NCBI GenBank assembly: GCA_024278215.1
Contig: JAJRTR010000165.1
Span: forward strand, 1-57,205
Origin: a bacterium
Lineage (GTDB): Bacteria > UBP15 > UBA6099 > JAJRTR01
Reading direction: 5' to 3'
Length of the DNA: 57,205 bases
Shown here: piece after piece, positions 1 through 9,302 of the stretch
How the letters are laid out: each line of letters opens with the position of its first letter
Numbering within the stretch: the stretch's first letter is position 1
Translations under genes and position numbers: made by a program
The notes under the pieces: generated by a model
Databases searched by the model: none
Told to the model about the DNA's origin: nothing
The model's input: the letters and a program-made list of their open reading frames with translations, nothing else

Positions 1-531
1 CGCTTTCCTTATTCTTTCGAGGGTGACGCGGGTGAGTCCGCAGTGGACGGTGATGAAGTCCACGCCCTGCTCGGCCTGTTGTTCGATGATGTCGAAGAGT
101 TGCTCGGGGTCGAATTTCGGCTTTATTTTCCCGCCGCCTGTCGCGGTTACGAAGACTTCATAGATGGGCACGGTGCCGAGTGGTTTGGGGCATTTGTCGA
201 GGATCGCCTGTCTTATGCGCGGTATGTTACCGCCTGTGCTGAGGTCCATAATCGCGTCGGCTTTCGCGTCGAGCGCGGCGTGGAGTTTTTTTATCTCGTT
301 TTTGAGCGAATTGCGGTCTTTGGATGTCCCGATATTCGCATTGACTTTTGTGCGAAGTCCTGTACCGATGCCTTCGACATCGAGTCCTTTGCGACATTTG
401 TTTTTGGGTATCACGATCCGGCCGGCGGCGATGCCGTCGCGAACGAATTCCGGCGCGACGCCGTCTTTTTTCGCGACTGCCTTCATTTCAGGCGTGATCG
501 TTCCTTTTCTCGCTTTGTCTATAAGTGTCAT
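1..531 (-). CDS. thiC: Phosphomethylpyrimidine synthase ThiC (N-terminal part; runs off the left edge)
   Basis: Manual minus-strand translation from ATG at 531 gives MTLIDKARKGTITPEMKAVA...GRIVIPKN...GLRTKVNANIGTS...ADAIMDLSTGG...PLGTVPIYE...QGVDFITVHCG, which are ThiC motifs. It is missing from the ORF track because no stop lies in the window. Confidence 0.95.
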   Translation of the reverse strand, partial: MTLIDKARKGTITPEMKAVAKKDGVAPEFVRDGIAAGRIVIPKNKCRKGLDVEGIGTGLRTKVNANIGTSKDRNSLKNEIKKLHAALDAKADAIMDLSTGGNIPRIRQAILDKCPKPLGTVPIYEVFVTATGGGKIKPKFDPEQLFDIIEQQAEQGVDFITVHCGLTRVTLERIRKA

Positions 532-628
532 GTTCGTCCTCCGTTATTTGGCAATCTGATTTCTAACCCGGCAGAGCCCTGCAAAGACATACATTACAGA
601 CTTGACACGACACCAGCCCCGGCCATCT

Positions 629-844
629 TCAGCCGCCTTCGATAAACTTTACTATCTGTATTATGTCGCCGTTTTCGACTGTTATGTTTTTGTTATCGCG
701 TTGTTTCAGCACTCTCTTGTTGTGCTCTACAATCGCCGTTTTGGTTTGTACTTCGAGATGCTCCAGCAGGCCGTCTATTGTGAGGCCGGCGGGGATGCAC
801 ATTCCTTCTCCGTCTACTGTTACATTTATAATTTTGTCTTTCAT
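629..844 (-). CDS. thiS: Sulfur carrier protein ThiS
   Basis: About 70 aa, ubiquitin-like size, ending GDIIQIVKFIEGG (C-terminal GG), within a thiamine operon. Confidence 0.9.
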   Translation of the reverse strand: MKDKIINVTVDGEGMCIPAGLTIDGLLEHLEVQTKTAIVEHNKRVLKQRDNKNITVENGDIIQIVKFIEGG

Positions 845-849
845 TGTTT

Positions 850-1287
850 TCAACAATTGTTATGTGCCGTGAACAGTGGAGTGATTTCCTTTTCCATGTC
901 GTAGATTTTAAAACGCAATTCGCCGAAATGAGCGGCGGCGGTGGGTGAAAGGAGTTTCGAGAATTCTTCCAGAGCGCGGGTGGCTTCCTGCGCCCGCTTG
1001 AAGTTTGCTGCGACGACGCCGGAGATCGACTCACGGTTTGTGGCGGGCGGCGCGTTGCGTGCGACGTCGCCCGCGGAGTCGCGTGCCGACGTGAGAGCGG
1101 CATCGCCGCCCGGCAGCATCGCCGCGCCGGTTCTCAGGCTGTGGCGTATGTCTCTAAGTGCGGCGGCGGCTTTTTCCCCGTCGCAGACGAAACGCACCGC
1201 ATCTTCGACGACCCTGATACCTTCGACAGCCCTGTTCAGGTTGGCGTCGATGGCTCTGAGCAGTTTTTTATTTTCGTTTTCAGCCAT
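850..1287 (-). CDS. Standalone ThiD2-like protein (homologous to the N-terminal domain of long ThiE)
   Basis: Motifs RAIDANLNRAVEGIRVVED and ANFKRAQEATRALEEFSK; first gene after the TPP riboswitch. Confidence 0.85.
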   Translation of the reverse strand: MAENENKKLLRAIDANLNRAVEGIRVVEDAVRFVCDGEKAAAALRDIRHSLRTGAAMLPGGDAALTSARDSAGDVARNAPPATNRESISGVVAANFKRAQEATRALEEFSKLLSPTAAAHFGELRFKIYDMEKEITPLFTAHNNC

Positions 1288-1288
1288 C

Positions 1289-1313
1289 AAAAAAGCCCCT
1301 GCGCCGGGGGCTT
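1289..1313 (-). terminator. Intrinsic terminator / riboswitch expression platform
   Basis: Minus strand reads AAGCCCC-CGGCGCA-GGGGCTTTTTT, directly before the ATG at 1287. Confidence 0.8.
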
Positions 1314-1332
1314 GTCGTATGTTGTTTCCAGA

Positions 1333-1409
1333 CCGCTTTCCTCTCGCCGGCATTATCCGTATCAGGTTCGAGGGGTCTGTTCTCAGCCGTTTTCCGGCAC
1401 CCCCAGCGG
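1333..1409 (-). ncRNA. TPP riboswitch
   Basis: Minus strand reads CCGCTGGGGGTGCCGG...CGGCTGAGA...ACCC.TCGAACCTGATACGGATAATGCCGGCGAGAGGAAAGCGG, with the GCTGAGA, ACCTGAT and GATAATGCC.GCG core, upstream of thi genes. Confidence 0.95.
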
Positions 1410-1458
1410 ATAATCAACAGTATATCATCCGGTGATTGCTTTTTCAAATTACATATCC

Positions 1459-1636
1459 GAGCCAATTGTAAAATTCTGATTCTGCTGCGGTCGGCTGCTA
1501 TTGTCCATAGCTGCGTTGTCGGCGCGAAATCGTCCTCGACGTACTCTGCAAGTACGCCTGCGAGGATTTTGCACTTCCGCCTTGCTCTGAACAATTTCGC
1601 TCGACCTCGCTACGAACATAATTTTGCAATTGGCTC
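1459..1636 (+). mobile_element. MITE family A, copy 1 (178 bp)
   Basis: TIRs GAGCCAATTGtAAAATT / AATTTTGCAATTGGCTC; flanks ATCC/ATCT (3 of 4 matching). Confidence 0.9.
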
Positions 1637-1743
1637 ATCTGTTCACAGGAGCTTGCTTCGGGTGGGTGATCGAATACCAGCAAAGTACGTTCCCTCACCA
1701 CTCACTTGCCGCGCCTTGTATTACAGGCATTCACACGATTTTT

Positions 1744-1772
1744 TATCCGCATTGGTGAAATATGGGGGGCTA
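1744..1772. repeat. 29-bp palindrome family D; its end provides the TAG stop of the GT-C gene
   Basis: tatccgcattggtgaaatatggggggcta resembles the copies at 25158, 29861 and 32488. Confidence 0.7.
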
Positions 1773-3779
1773 AAGGGGCTGATCATCTCCATACTGTGCG
1801 AGAAAATCCACACATATTGACAGATAATCTTCGGGTAGCGAGCCGTCATCAATCAGTTCGGTAAATATTCTTTTTGTCCATTTTTCTCTGCCCAATTTTG
1901 CATGACAGAAGCCTATATAGAACTTAATTAACGGGTTGTCCGGATATCGAAAATTAAATTTTTTGACAAGAGTAAGCGCATCCTTGTACTTTTTGTTCTT
2001 GATCAGGGCCACACATTCTCTGATAGTGTTCCTGACTAATATTTCATTCATAAAATCTTCGTTGTTGAAGACATCTTCAAGAGAGAATACGCGAATCCGT
2101 CGGTCACGCTCCGATGGATTTGCCCTGAAGTTGTTCCACTTCGACAGATTTACTTTTTCATTGAACTGCTCTCCGGGCCACAGGTATTCCACTTCCCAGA
2201 AAAGGGGAAGAAACGTCACGCATGGATCTTCCACTGTGAATACCGGTTCCACATATTTCTGTATAAGTTCTATTGTTTCATCTATGAAAAACAATGGGAA
2301 GTGCTCGTGATGTTCTATAACGAGAAACCTGTAATTATATTTTGTATATGCGTTGGCAATATTTTTAAAAAGGCAAGGTTGAATTGCAAGGATATCTTGC
2401 CTGCTGTACAAAGATGTGAATGGAAAAGAAGTGCACAAAAACCCGTCAGTGCCCCTTGTCCGCAGATATTCAGCAGTACGGCTTATTCCGGACACAAGAC
2501 TGGTAGTTCGCAATGAATACCTTATATTTCTTGCAAGAATCCATAATAAAGCCACAACAGAAACGAACAATGGTAATTGCCCGAGAGCAACAGCGGCAAA
2601 AATCACTATCGACGGGAAAAATACAAGTATTCCGCGTGTTGCTTTCCAGGGAATGATTGTCATAAATCCCATGAAGACAAGTCCCTGTACTCCAAGGTAT
2701 ATATCAATCGGCGCGCCGCGAACGAGAAGAAACACCAGTCCGCCCGCAGCGGCGATAGTGAACGTCGGCCCCTCAGTATTCATAAACAGCATGGGGTAGA
2801 AACCGAACCGGTGTGAGGCTGGGATCTTCACGCCGGTGTCACCGGTTCTGCTGAACATATCGGCCAACCTTCTGACATTGAAGGCTATCAGGGTCACGGC
2901 TTTCTGTGAATGAGGAATTATCCCGCTTTCGGGAAATAAAAAAGCGCAGATAATAAACGGCAGGTCGCTCACCAGGATGCAGAGCATCAACATGCCGAGA
3001 ACAATCCCGATGCCTGCGGAGGTAAGACCCGGAGTTATAGTCCCGCCCGACGCAAACGCAAAGGCTGCTTCGCTAAGTATTATCAAGCCCGGCAGGAATC
3101 CGGCCCAGAAAGGATGGAACAATATTATTCCGGCGGCGAAAAAACCATATCCAGCAAGCAGGAGAAACGATGTCGGCGTGAACATAAAACCGGGGCCGCT
3201 GTGAATCAGTGCCGCCTTATGTGCTATCGAGCACAGGAGGAGTAGCTGGAAGCAAAAAGCCATGCCGGATTCGGGACCGCCGGACCGCGAATGAAGCACG
3301 TGAAGTCCGCTCACGGCCAGCATCGCCGCAGCTATCAGCCCAACTTTTTCATCGAATGCAACCGTACATGTAAAATATGCGATTGCAGGTGTCAGGCTTC
3401 CCATGATAAGAGAGGGCAATGCGATAGCTGTGTCCCTTTTCAGCCCCGACTTCAGCGCTGCCGTCAGTGCGTAAATATGCCACGCTTTGTAATACGCATA
3501 ATGTGTCGCCGGGGACGAATAATACTCTTTTTCAAGGGCTGTTCTTTCTTCTGCGTCTCTGCAGCGCCGCGTTTTCAGAAGTTCTTTCCAGTGCTTCCGC
3601 ACAAAAGCGAAGAGGTGGCGCACGGTCAGCGTTTCGCGATAGTATGCCGCCTCGTCGTACAGGAATATCCCTTTCTTGCCGAAATTCCTGACACGAAGCA
3701 GAAAACCCGCCGCTACGATTCCGATCATGATATAGATCGAATAGTTTTCAATGAAAGTCATTATCTGTTCCGTGCCCAT
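1770..3779 (-). CDS. GT-C fold membrane glycosyltransferase (ArnT/PMT, GT39/GT83-like) with a C-terminal TPR-like segment
   Basis: YDEAAY motif after TM1, many TM helices, LHVLHSRSGGPE segment, C-terminal helical repeat. Confidence 0.7.
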   Translation of the reverse strand: MGTEQIMTFIENYSIYIMIGIVAAGFLLRVRNFGKKGIFLYDEAAYYRETLTVRHLFAFVRKHWKELLKTRRCRDAEERTALEKEYYSSPATHYAYYKAWHIYALTAALKSGLKRDTAIALPSLIMGSLTPAIAYFTCTVAFDEKVGLIAAAMLAVSGLHVLHSRSGGPESGMAFCFQLLLLCSIAHKAALIHSGPGFMFTPTSFLLLAGYGFFAAGIILFHPFWAGFLPGLIILSEAAFAFASGGTITPGLTSAGIGIVLGMLMLCILVSDLPFIICAFLFPESGIIPHSQKAVTLIAFNVRRLADMFSRTGDTGVKIPASHRFGFYPMLFMNTEGPTFTIAAAGGLVFLLVRGAPIDIYLGVQGLVFMGFMTIIPWKATRGILVFFPSIVIFAAVALGQLPLFVSVVALLWILARNIRYSLRTTSLVSGISRTAEYLRTRGTDGFLCTSFPFTSLYSRQDILAIQPCLFKNIANAYTKYNYRFLVIEHHEHFPLFFIDETIELIQKYVEPVFTVEDPCVTFLPLFWEVEYLWPGEQFNEKVNLSKWNNFRANPSERDRRIRVFSLEDVFNNEDFMNEILVRNTIRECVALIKNKKYKDALTLVKKFNFRYPDNPLIKFYIGFCHAKLGREKWTKRIFTELIDDGSLPEDYLSICVDFLAQYGDDQPL

Positions 3780-3812
3780 ATTGTTGTTTTTTTGTATGAA
3801 TGCCCGATCCGC

Positions 3813-4493
3813 CTATGTTTTTTTCAGTTTAAAAACATATCTAAGGGGAACGAAAGGAAAAGGCACAGCGGACTTTTTCTCGATCGAAAATAATCCGGCT
3901 GCCATTTCCTCGAACAACCGGGCATTGAAGGAAGTAAGGTGCCATTCGTCATCCATCCTCTGAGGCGCCCTGTAGCCGTCACGCGAACCGCCTGCGCCAG
4001 GCACAAGCGATTTGAGTGTATTTATCAGGCCTTCATTGGGGATCGTGAATACTGCCGTTCCGCCGTCCGCGAGCACCCTGTGCGCTTCGCGTATCAGTTT
4101 TGACGGGTCGAGCACATGCTCGATCACTTCAGAGCAGAAAAGCGAAGCGACGGAACCGTCCCTGAAGGGGAGTTCCTCCACAGCGGCCCTGATGAGACAG
4201 GCTTTGCCTGTCGCCCGTTGCGCCGCCTTTGCGAGTATAAATTCCGATATATCCACTCCAATGTAATCAAAGCCATCGAAGTATGCAATCAGGTTGCCCG
4301 CGCCGCAACCGAGGTCGACAATCGTTTTGTCCTGCGACTTGTCGAACATCGCGCGCACCTTCCGGCAACGCAGCTTTTCGACATTTCTTATTATGAACGA
4401 AGGATGATGATGATATTCATCCGGATCATATTTTTGTATCATCTCCTCGTTCCAGGAAATGAAATTATCTTTGTCGGGTCTCGGTCGGCCCAT
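3813..4493 (-). CDS. Class I SAM-dependent methyltransferase
   Basis: VDLGCGAG, LPFRDGS, CSEVIEHV; TAATG overlap with the upstream gene. Confidence 0.85.
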   Translation of the reverse strand: MGRPRPDKDNFISWNEEMIQKYDPDEYHHHPSFIIRNVEKLRCRKVRAMFDKSQDKTIVDLGCGAGNLIAYFDGFDYIGVDISEFILAKAAQRATGKACLIRAAVEELPFRDGSVASLFCSEVIEHVLDPSKLIREAHRVLADGGTAVFTIPNEGLINTLKSLVPGAGGSRDGYRAPQRMDDEWHLTSFNARLFEEMAAGLFSIEKKSAVPFPFVPLRYVFKLKKT

Positions 4494-5377
4494 TATTCTT
4501 GCTCCGGTATCTTTTCTGCGACTGCTATAAGCGAACTGCCCCACGGCAGGCTTACGTACATTATAATAAATGCTTCCAGATACATGATTGCAGTTAATAT
4601 CCTATTGAGAAACGGTGAGATGTCCACCGCGTCGCTTTTTCTGATATCCGTGTTTTCACTCCTGTACTTCGGCGACAACTTTCGTGTCAGGTACACGAGC
4701 GGGTGCAGCAGGAACACATAGTAGCTCATTGTCACAACCCGGAAACCGGCACCCTCGAGCAGGTCCTTAAGTTCCTGCTTTTCGTATCTTCTCTTGTGGC
4801 AATAGAACTCGTCGTAGTAGCTCCAGAGATTCTTTCCTGCCGGCACTGTAATGAAAAGCATCCCCTTGCTTTTCAGCGCGTTCCTGATATTCTCCAGAAC
4901 TTTTCTGTCGTCCTCGATATGCTCGAGCACGTCGAACAGCCCGACAGCGTCATATTCGTCCCTGAAGGGCAATGCGTTAAGGTCGATCCTGAAGAACCGA
5001 GCCTGGCTCTTGCGGCGCGCGAAGGTAATCGCGTCCATAAATATGTCGCCGCCCTCGAGCGGTATGCCGCGCCGATTTATATACTCGACAACATTCCCCG
5101 ATCCGCAACCCAGTTCTATCAGCCTGTCGCCTTCGACGTAGTTGTCGCGTATCAGGTTATAGAGTATTCGTTTCCTGCCGTTGTGCCAGAAGTGGTTGCT
5201 CTCTTTTTCGTGGAACTCCTCGAAAAAACTCTCCTCGAAACCGTCCCGGTTGTCTTCCTCGGACAATGTCAGGACAGGCACTGAATCGACGACAGGGTAA
5301 GCTCTGTCGCATTCCACGCAGAAAAAAGAGTCTTCGCGAGGGTCCAGTTCTTTCCTGCAATGGGGACAGACAATCAT
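4493..5377 (-). CDS. SAM-dependent methyltransferase with N-terminal Trm112-like Zn ribbon
   Basis: CPHC...CVECDRAYPV, ELGCGSG, FDVLEHIEDD, HKRRY. Confidence 0.85.
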   Translation of the reverse strand: MIVCPHCRKELDPREDSFFCVECDRAYPVVDSVPVLTLSEEDNRDGFEESFFEEFHEKESNHFWHNGRKRILYNLIRDNYVEGDRLIELGCGSGNVVEYINRRGIPLEGGDIFMDAITFARRKSQARFFRIDLNALPFRDEYDAVGLFDVLEHIEDDRKVLENIRNALKSKGMLFITVPAGKNLWSYYDEFYCHKRRYEKQELKDLLEGAGFRVVTMSYYVFLLHPLVYLTRKLSPKYRSENTDIRKSDAVDISPFLNRILTAIMYLEAFIIMYVSLPWGSSLIAVAEKIPEQE

Positions 5378-5451
5378 CTTTGGCGGGGTTCCTCTATTGT
5401 TTTACTCCTTGTTGCATTCCGTCTTGTTCGTTGTTCCCGCCGATGTCGGAG

Positions 5452-6480
5452 TCAAGTGTCATCGCGGCCCGACACCGGTGAACCATACGGGTTGGAACGT
5501 GCCACCCCGGTCCAGCTGTTTTTGTTCCTGTGCACAAGTTCGAGGTCTTCCATTTTCTCTTTATCGAACCATGACCGGAAATCTTCTTTTTTGATATAGA
5601 AGGCGACCGGTGCCGTCAGATGATCGTGGACTACCACGTGTGTATGTGCAAAGTTTCTTCTGGAGAGCCAATACATATACGGGAAATAGGGCAGTCTCTT
5701 TTTCAGAAAAGCGATATTTTTTACTCCTGTGGGATAGTAGAAGATTTTAAGTATCGGCTGTAAGAAAAGAGTGATTGCGAATGAAATCGCCGACAGAATA
5801 CCCGTGGGAAGTTTAGATGTGAAATTCTTGCGAAGGGGGTTGACCCAGTTTACGATCCACTCGTTATTTTCATAACCGTATACCCAGGCGTGGGCGGTCC
5901 CGCCGGGTTTCAGAGCTTTGCAAACCGAGTGGAAACAGCCCTCGGGGTCCGTCGTATGATGCAACACACCTATACTGTAGAAAAGGTCGAATTCGCGGTC
6001 GAACGGGAGATTCGCCAAGTCTGCCTGTATCACGTGCGCGTTGGGCTTGTTTTTCACAGTCCGGTAGGCGGTATCCACAGAACTGCTGATGTCCACACCT
6101 ACCGCCTCTTCGGCTCCGAACTCGGCCGCGTAGTATAGAAATCTTGCCATACCACAACCTGCATCCAGCACCTTTTTGCCCTTGAAGTCGTCTTCCTTCA
6201 AAGGATAGACCCAATTCAGGAATTCTTCCTTATAGAAGGAATACATCTCTTTGAACATGGTCCACTGGTTGCCGAAATTCTCGGATGTTTTCGAGACTGC
6301 GGGGTCTTCATGCGAATCAAGTATTCTCGGAATGAAATCTGTAATTTTGTATATTTTGCCGCAGCTGTCGCAGGTGAGGGTGCCGCTTCTGATCTCGCCG
6401 TCGGCCGTTTTGTCGACTATCACAGAGAAATCTGATTTGCAATGCGGACAACAGATAAGTTCGAGCAGTTTCTCTTTCAT
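5452..6480 (-). CDS. SAM-dependent methyltransferase with N-terminal Trm112-like Zn ribbon
   Basis: LLELICCPHCK...LTCDSCGKIYKI, VLDAGCGMAR, SIGVLHHT. Confidence 0.85.
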   Translation of the reverse strand: MKEKLLELICCPHCKSDFSVIVDKTADGEIRSGTLTCDSCGKIYKITDFIPRILDSHEDPAVSKTSENFGNQWTMFKEMYSFYKEEFLNWVYPLKEDDFKGKKVLDAGCGMARFLYYAAEFGAEEAVGVDISSSVDTAYRTVKNKPNAHVIQADLANLPFDREFDLFYSIGVLHHTTDPEGCFHSVCKALKPGGTAHAWVYGYENNEWIVNWVNPLRKNFTSKLPTGILSAISFAITLFLQPILKIFYYPTGVKNIAFLKKRLPYFPYMYWLSRRNFAHTHVVVHDHLTAPVAFYIKKEDFRSWFDKEKMEDLELVHRNKNSWTGVARSNPYGSPVSGRDDT

Positions 6481-6510
6481 ACTTTACTTTCGCGTGTTGT
6501 AATAACGGCT

Positions 6511-7482
6511 TCAATCCAGGTTTATGCGGTATTTTATAAAGTATGCCTGCTTATCCTGCGACTCGAAATACGTCCGCATGATCAGTTCGGCGAGCAGGCC
6601 CATCATAATAAACTGGAAACCCAGGATAGCAAGGAAAACAGCGAGCAGTATCTTCGGATTATTATGCACCGGAAAGCCGAGAATATAACGGTCGTAAAGA
6701 GAGAAGGCTCCGAAAAACACTCCCAGCAGTCCAAGCAATCCACCGACAGAACCGAAAAGGTAGGCCGGTTTTGCAATGAAACTGCCCATGAATTTTACAG
6801 TGAAGAGGTCGAGAATAACCTTGAAGATTCTCGTGAGGCCGTAATTGGATTTCCCTGCCGTCCTCGGCCTGTGGTTCACCGGTATTTCTATTATTTCGGC
6901 CCCTACCTGCTGGGCATAAAGCGGAATGAAACGGTGCATCTCCCCATACAGCCGCACATTTCCGAGCACTTCCCTTCGGTACGCCTTCAGCGAACAGCCA
7001 TAATCGTGCAGATGAAGTCCGCCGATAACCGATATCATCCAGTTTGCGAAAAAAGAAGGCAGTTTCTTGCTCAGAAACGGGTCCTTCCTGTCCTTTCGCC
7101 AACCGCTCACCACGTCATAGCCTTCGTCTATCAGGTCGAGCAACCGCTTGATATCCGCCGGGTCGTTCTGGAGATCGGTGTCGATAGTAATCAGCACAGC
7201 GCCGGTCGCATGATTGATCGCCGCCGACACAGCCGCCGTCTGTCCGAAATTACGCGTGAATGAAATTACCTTAACCCTTTCATCTTTTTCAGCCAGGCGC
7301 GTCAGTATCTCACGGCTGCTGTCCCTGCTGCCGTCGTCGACATAAACAATCTCGAAAGAACGGTCGAGTTTTTCCAGTTCCTCAAACAGTTCGGCATGGA
7401 AACGCTCCAGGTTCTCAGCCTCGTTGTAAACAGGGCCGAGTATCGAAATATCCAACTGTTTTTTCCCTTCGGAACTTTCCAT
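6511..7482 (-). CDS. GT2 polyprenol-phosphate glycosyltransferase (ArnC/DPM1-like)
   Basis: PVYNEAEN, VDDGSRD, RNFGQTAA, IDTDLQNDP, GEMHRFIP, two C-terminal TM helices. Confidence 0.9.
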   Translation of the reverse strand: MESSEGKKQLDISILGPVYNEAENLERFHAELFEELEKLDRSFEIVYVDDGSRDSSREILTRLAEKDERVKVISFTRNFGQTAAVSAAINHATGAVLITIDTDLQNDPADIKRLLDLIDEGYDVVSGWRKDRKDPFLSKKLPSFFANWMISVIGGLHLHDYGCSLKAYRREVLGNVRLYGEMHRFIPLYAQQVGAEIIEIPVNHRPRTAGKSNYGLTRIFKVILDLFTVKFMGSFIAKPAYLFGSVGGLLGLLGVFFGAFSLYDRYILGFPVHNNPKILLAVFLAILGFQFIMMGLLAELIMRTYFESQDKQAYFIKYRINLD

Positions 7483-7661
7483 AAGTGTCCAATCCGGCAG
7501 CCGACAAAAAAAACACATTATCATTAGATTATGTCGAGTACAGTATATATCACAACCGCGTTCGTCTACAATCGACGCGTAGAAAAAAGGAAATAAATAA
7601 CAGGACGACAGACATCCGGATTATTGACACACATTATCGCAAAATATAATATTGTGTAAAG

Positions 7662-7839
7662 AAGCCAATTGCAAAATTCTGATTCTGCTGCGGTCGGCTA
7701 CTATTGTCCATAGCGGCGTTGTCGGCGTGAAATCGTCCTCGACATACTCTACAAGTACGTCTGCGAGGATTTTACACCTACGCCTTGCTCTGAACAATTC
7801 CGCTCGACCTCGCTACGAACATAATTTTGCAATTGGCTC
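7662..7839 (+). mobile_element. MITE family A, copy 2 (178 bp)
   Basis: Same TIRs as copy 1; 4-bp direct repeat AAAG on both sides. Confidence 0.9.
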
Positions 7840-7923
7840 AAAGTAAAGAATCTGAACAACGCAACCCGGCACCGTATATTGTATGCACGAAAAAAAAGTC
7901 CCGAACTGTCGAGGTTATTACTC

Positions 7924-9090
7924 ATGCAGAATGCTAAAGAAATACAAACCGCAAGCCGTTTCCTGCGGAGGGCTCTGCTGCCTTGTTTTGTAGCCGCGCT
8001 GCTCCTCTTCAATGCCGCGAATGCACGGCCCAGACCCCCGAAAGGCAGAAAACCGCCGCCCGGAAACTCGACGAACACATCGCAACACTCGAGCCGGTCG
8101 AGCCGGAACAACAACCCTTTCCTGCTGTCGGAAGACGGTCATATAGCAGACGTCATCGGATTTCAGAATATAGGTCGCTCCGACACAACATTCGATGCCG
8201 TTTTCTATCTACCGACCTCTTACGCCGACCTCCAGACTGTCACAGATCAACAGGTCTACTTCTATCCGGCGAATGCCGACACCGCCGAGATACTTACCGA
8301 TACGCTGGGAGCGTATATGCTTCATCTGAAATACACGGGACTGCAACCCCGGTCACGTATAGTTGTCTATTACACGGCAAACATCCCCGAGGAGCAACCC
8401 CGGCGCCCGGTGACAGGCTGGAAAAACATTCCGGTACCCGAAAGCGCCGCCGCATACCCTGTGTCCGCCGCCATGTTCCTGAAGTCCGGCAGAGACCTTG
8501 AAACACATACCCCACGGGTGCGGAAATACACAAAAAAAATCATACCCGCGAAAGACGGCCTGACATACGGCGAGGCAGCTTGCGCCGCTGTGAAGGATAT
8601 CGATTCTTTCCCATTCGGCAACGACAACAACAGCAGCCGCAACACACGTTTCCCCCCGGACTACATGCGAAACCCCGCAGAGGTTCTCGCCTCCCACAAA
8701 TGCGTATGTGTCGAGTGCGCTCGACTGGCATGTGCGGTTCTTCGCAACACCAACATCCCCTGTCGCACAGCTACAGGGTTCTTCGGCGGAAAACCCTGGG
8801 ACCACACATGGATACAAATCTTTGTCCGGGACATCGGCTGGGTCGACGTCGATCCCCAGCAGGGATACTGTCCTGACGGCCTGCTCAGTGAGGAGTACAA
8901 AGGCAAGTACGACCTTTACGAATTGCTCGATCCGGACCAGAACGAGACCTATGAGATCCAATATACAACCGATCCCCCCGTTCCCATGCGCATCATGTCT
9001 CAAAATATTAACGATTTCGGCGATTTCATCGAGCAGGGTACCACCCGCAAAAAGGAATCCGTCACCTGGGGCGAAATAACCGTTGAATGA
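7924..9090 (+). CDS. Secreted transglutaminase-like (Cys-His-Asp) protein
   Basis: Signal peptide ending ANA, Pro-rich linker, CVECARLACAVLR..NIPCR..TG, HTWIQ, GWVDVDP. Confidence 0.8.
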   Translation: MQNAKEIQTASRFLRRALLPCFVAALLLFNAANARPRPPKGRKPPPGNSTNTSQHSSRSSRNNNPFLLSEDGHIADVIGFQNIGRSDTTFDAVFYLPTSYADLQTVTDQQVYFYPANADTAEILTDTLGAYMLHLKYTGLQPRSRIVVYYTANIPEEQPRRPVTGWKNIPVPESAAAYPVSAAMFLKSGRDLETHTPRVRKYTKKIIPAKDGLTYGEAACAAVKDIDSFPFGNDNNSSRNTRFPPDYMRNPAEVLASHKCVCVECARLACAVLRNTNIPCRTATGFFGGKPWDHTWIQIFVRDIGWVDVDPQQGYCPDGLLSEEYKGKYDLYELLDPDQNETYEIQYTTDPPVPMRIMSQNINDFGDFIEQGTTRKKESVTWGEITVE

Positions 9091-9148
9091 TGCCGCTGCC
9101 GGATTGAAAACCACGAAGACCTGCGCGCCGACAGATATGCCGGCCCGG

Positions 9149-9176
9149 TTGACAACAGTTCTGCACTATCTACAAT
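9149..9176 (+). promoter_or_regulatory. Sigma70-type promoter of the tRNA gene
   Basis: TTGACA-16 nt-TACAAT, about 50 nt upstream of the tRNA. Confidence 0.55.
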
Positions 9177-9228
9177 ATATGTGGCAACTGATATTAACCC
9201 GGATTTCTCACAAAGAAATCCTGAATAA

Positions 9229-9302
9229 GCGTCCGTAGCTCAACTGGATAGAGCATCTGACTTCGGATCAGAGGGTTGCGGGTTCGAATCCTGCCGGGCG
9301 TA
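9229..9302 (+). tRNA. tRNA-Arg(UCG), CCA not encoded
   Basis: GCGTCCG acceptor stem, D arm TAGCTCAACTGGATAGAGC, anticodon arm TCTGA-CTTCGGA-TCAGA, T loop GGTTCGAATCC. Confidence 0.97.

Noticed and set aside
43-645. 200-aa plus-strand ORF
   Set aside because: It is the antisense shadow of thiC.
1280-1820. Recurrent small ORFs (ARRKCKILAGVL..YVEDDF, SQLQNYVRSEVE) at each MITE A copy
   Set aside because: They are translations of the repeat itself. Starts, stops and frames differ between copies, there is no consistent RBS, and element plus duplication (182 bp) is not a multiple of 3.
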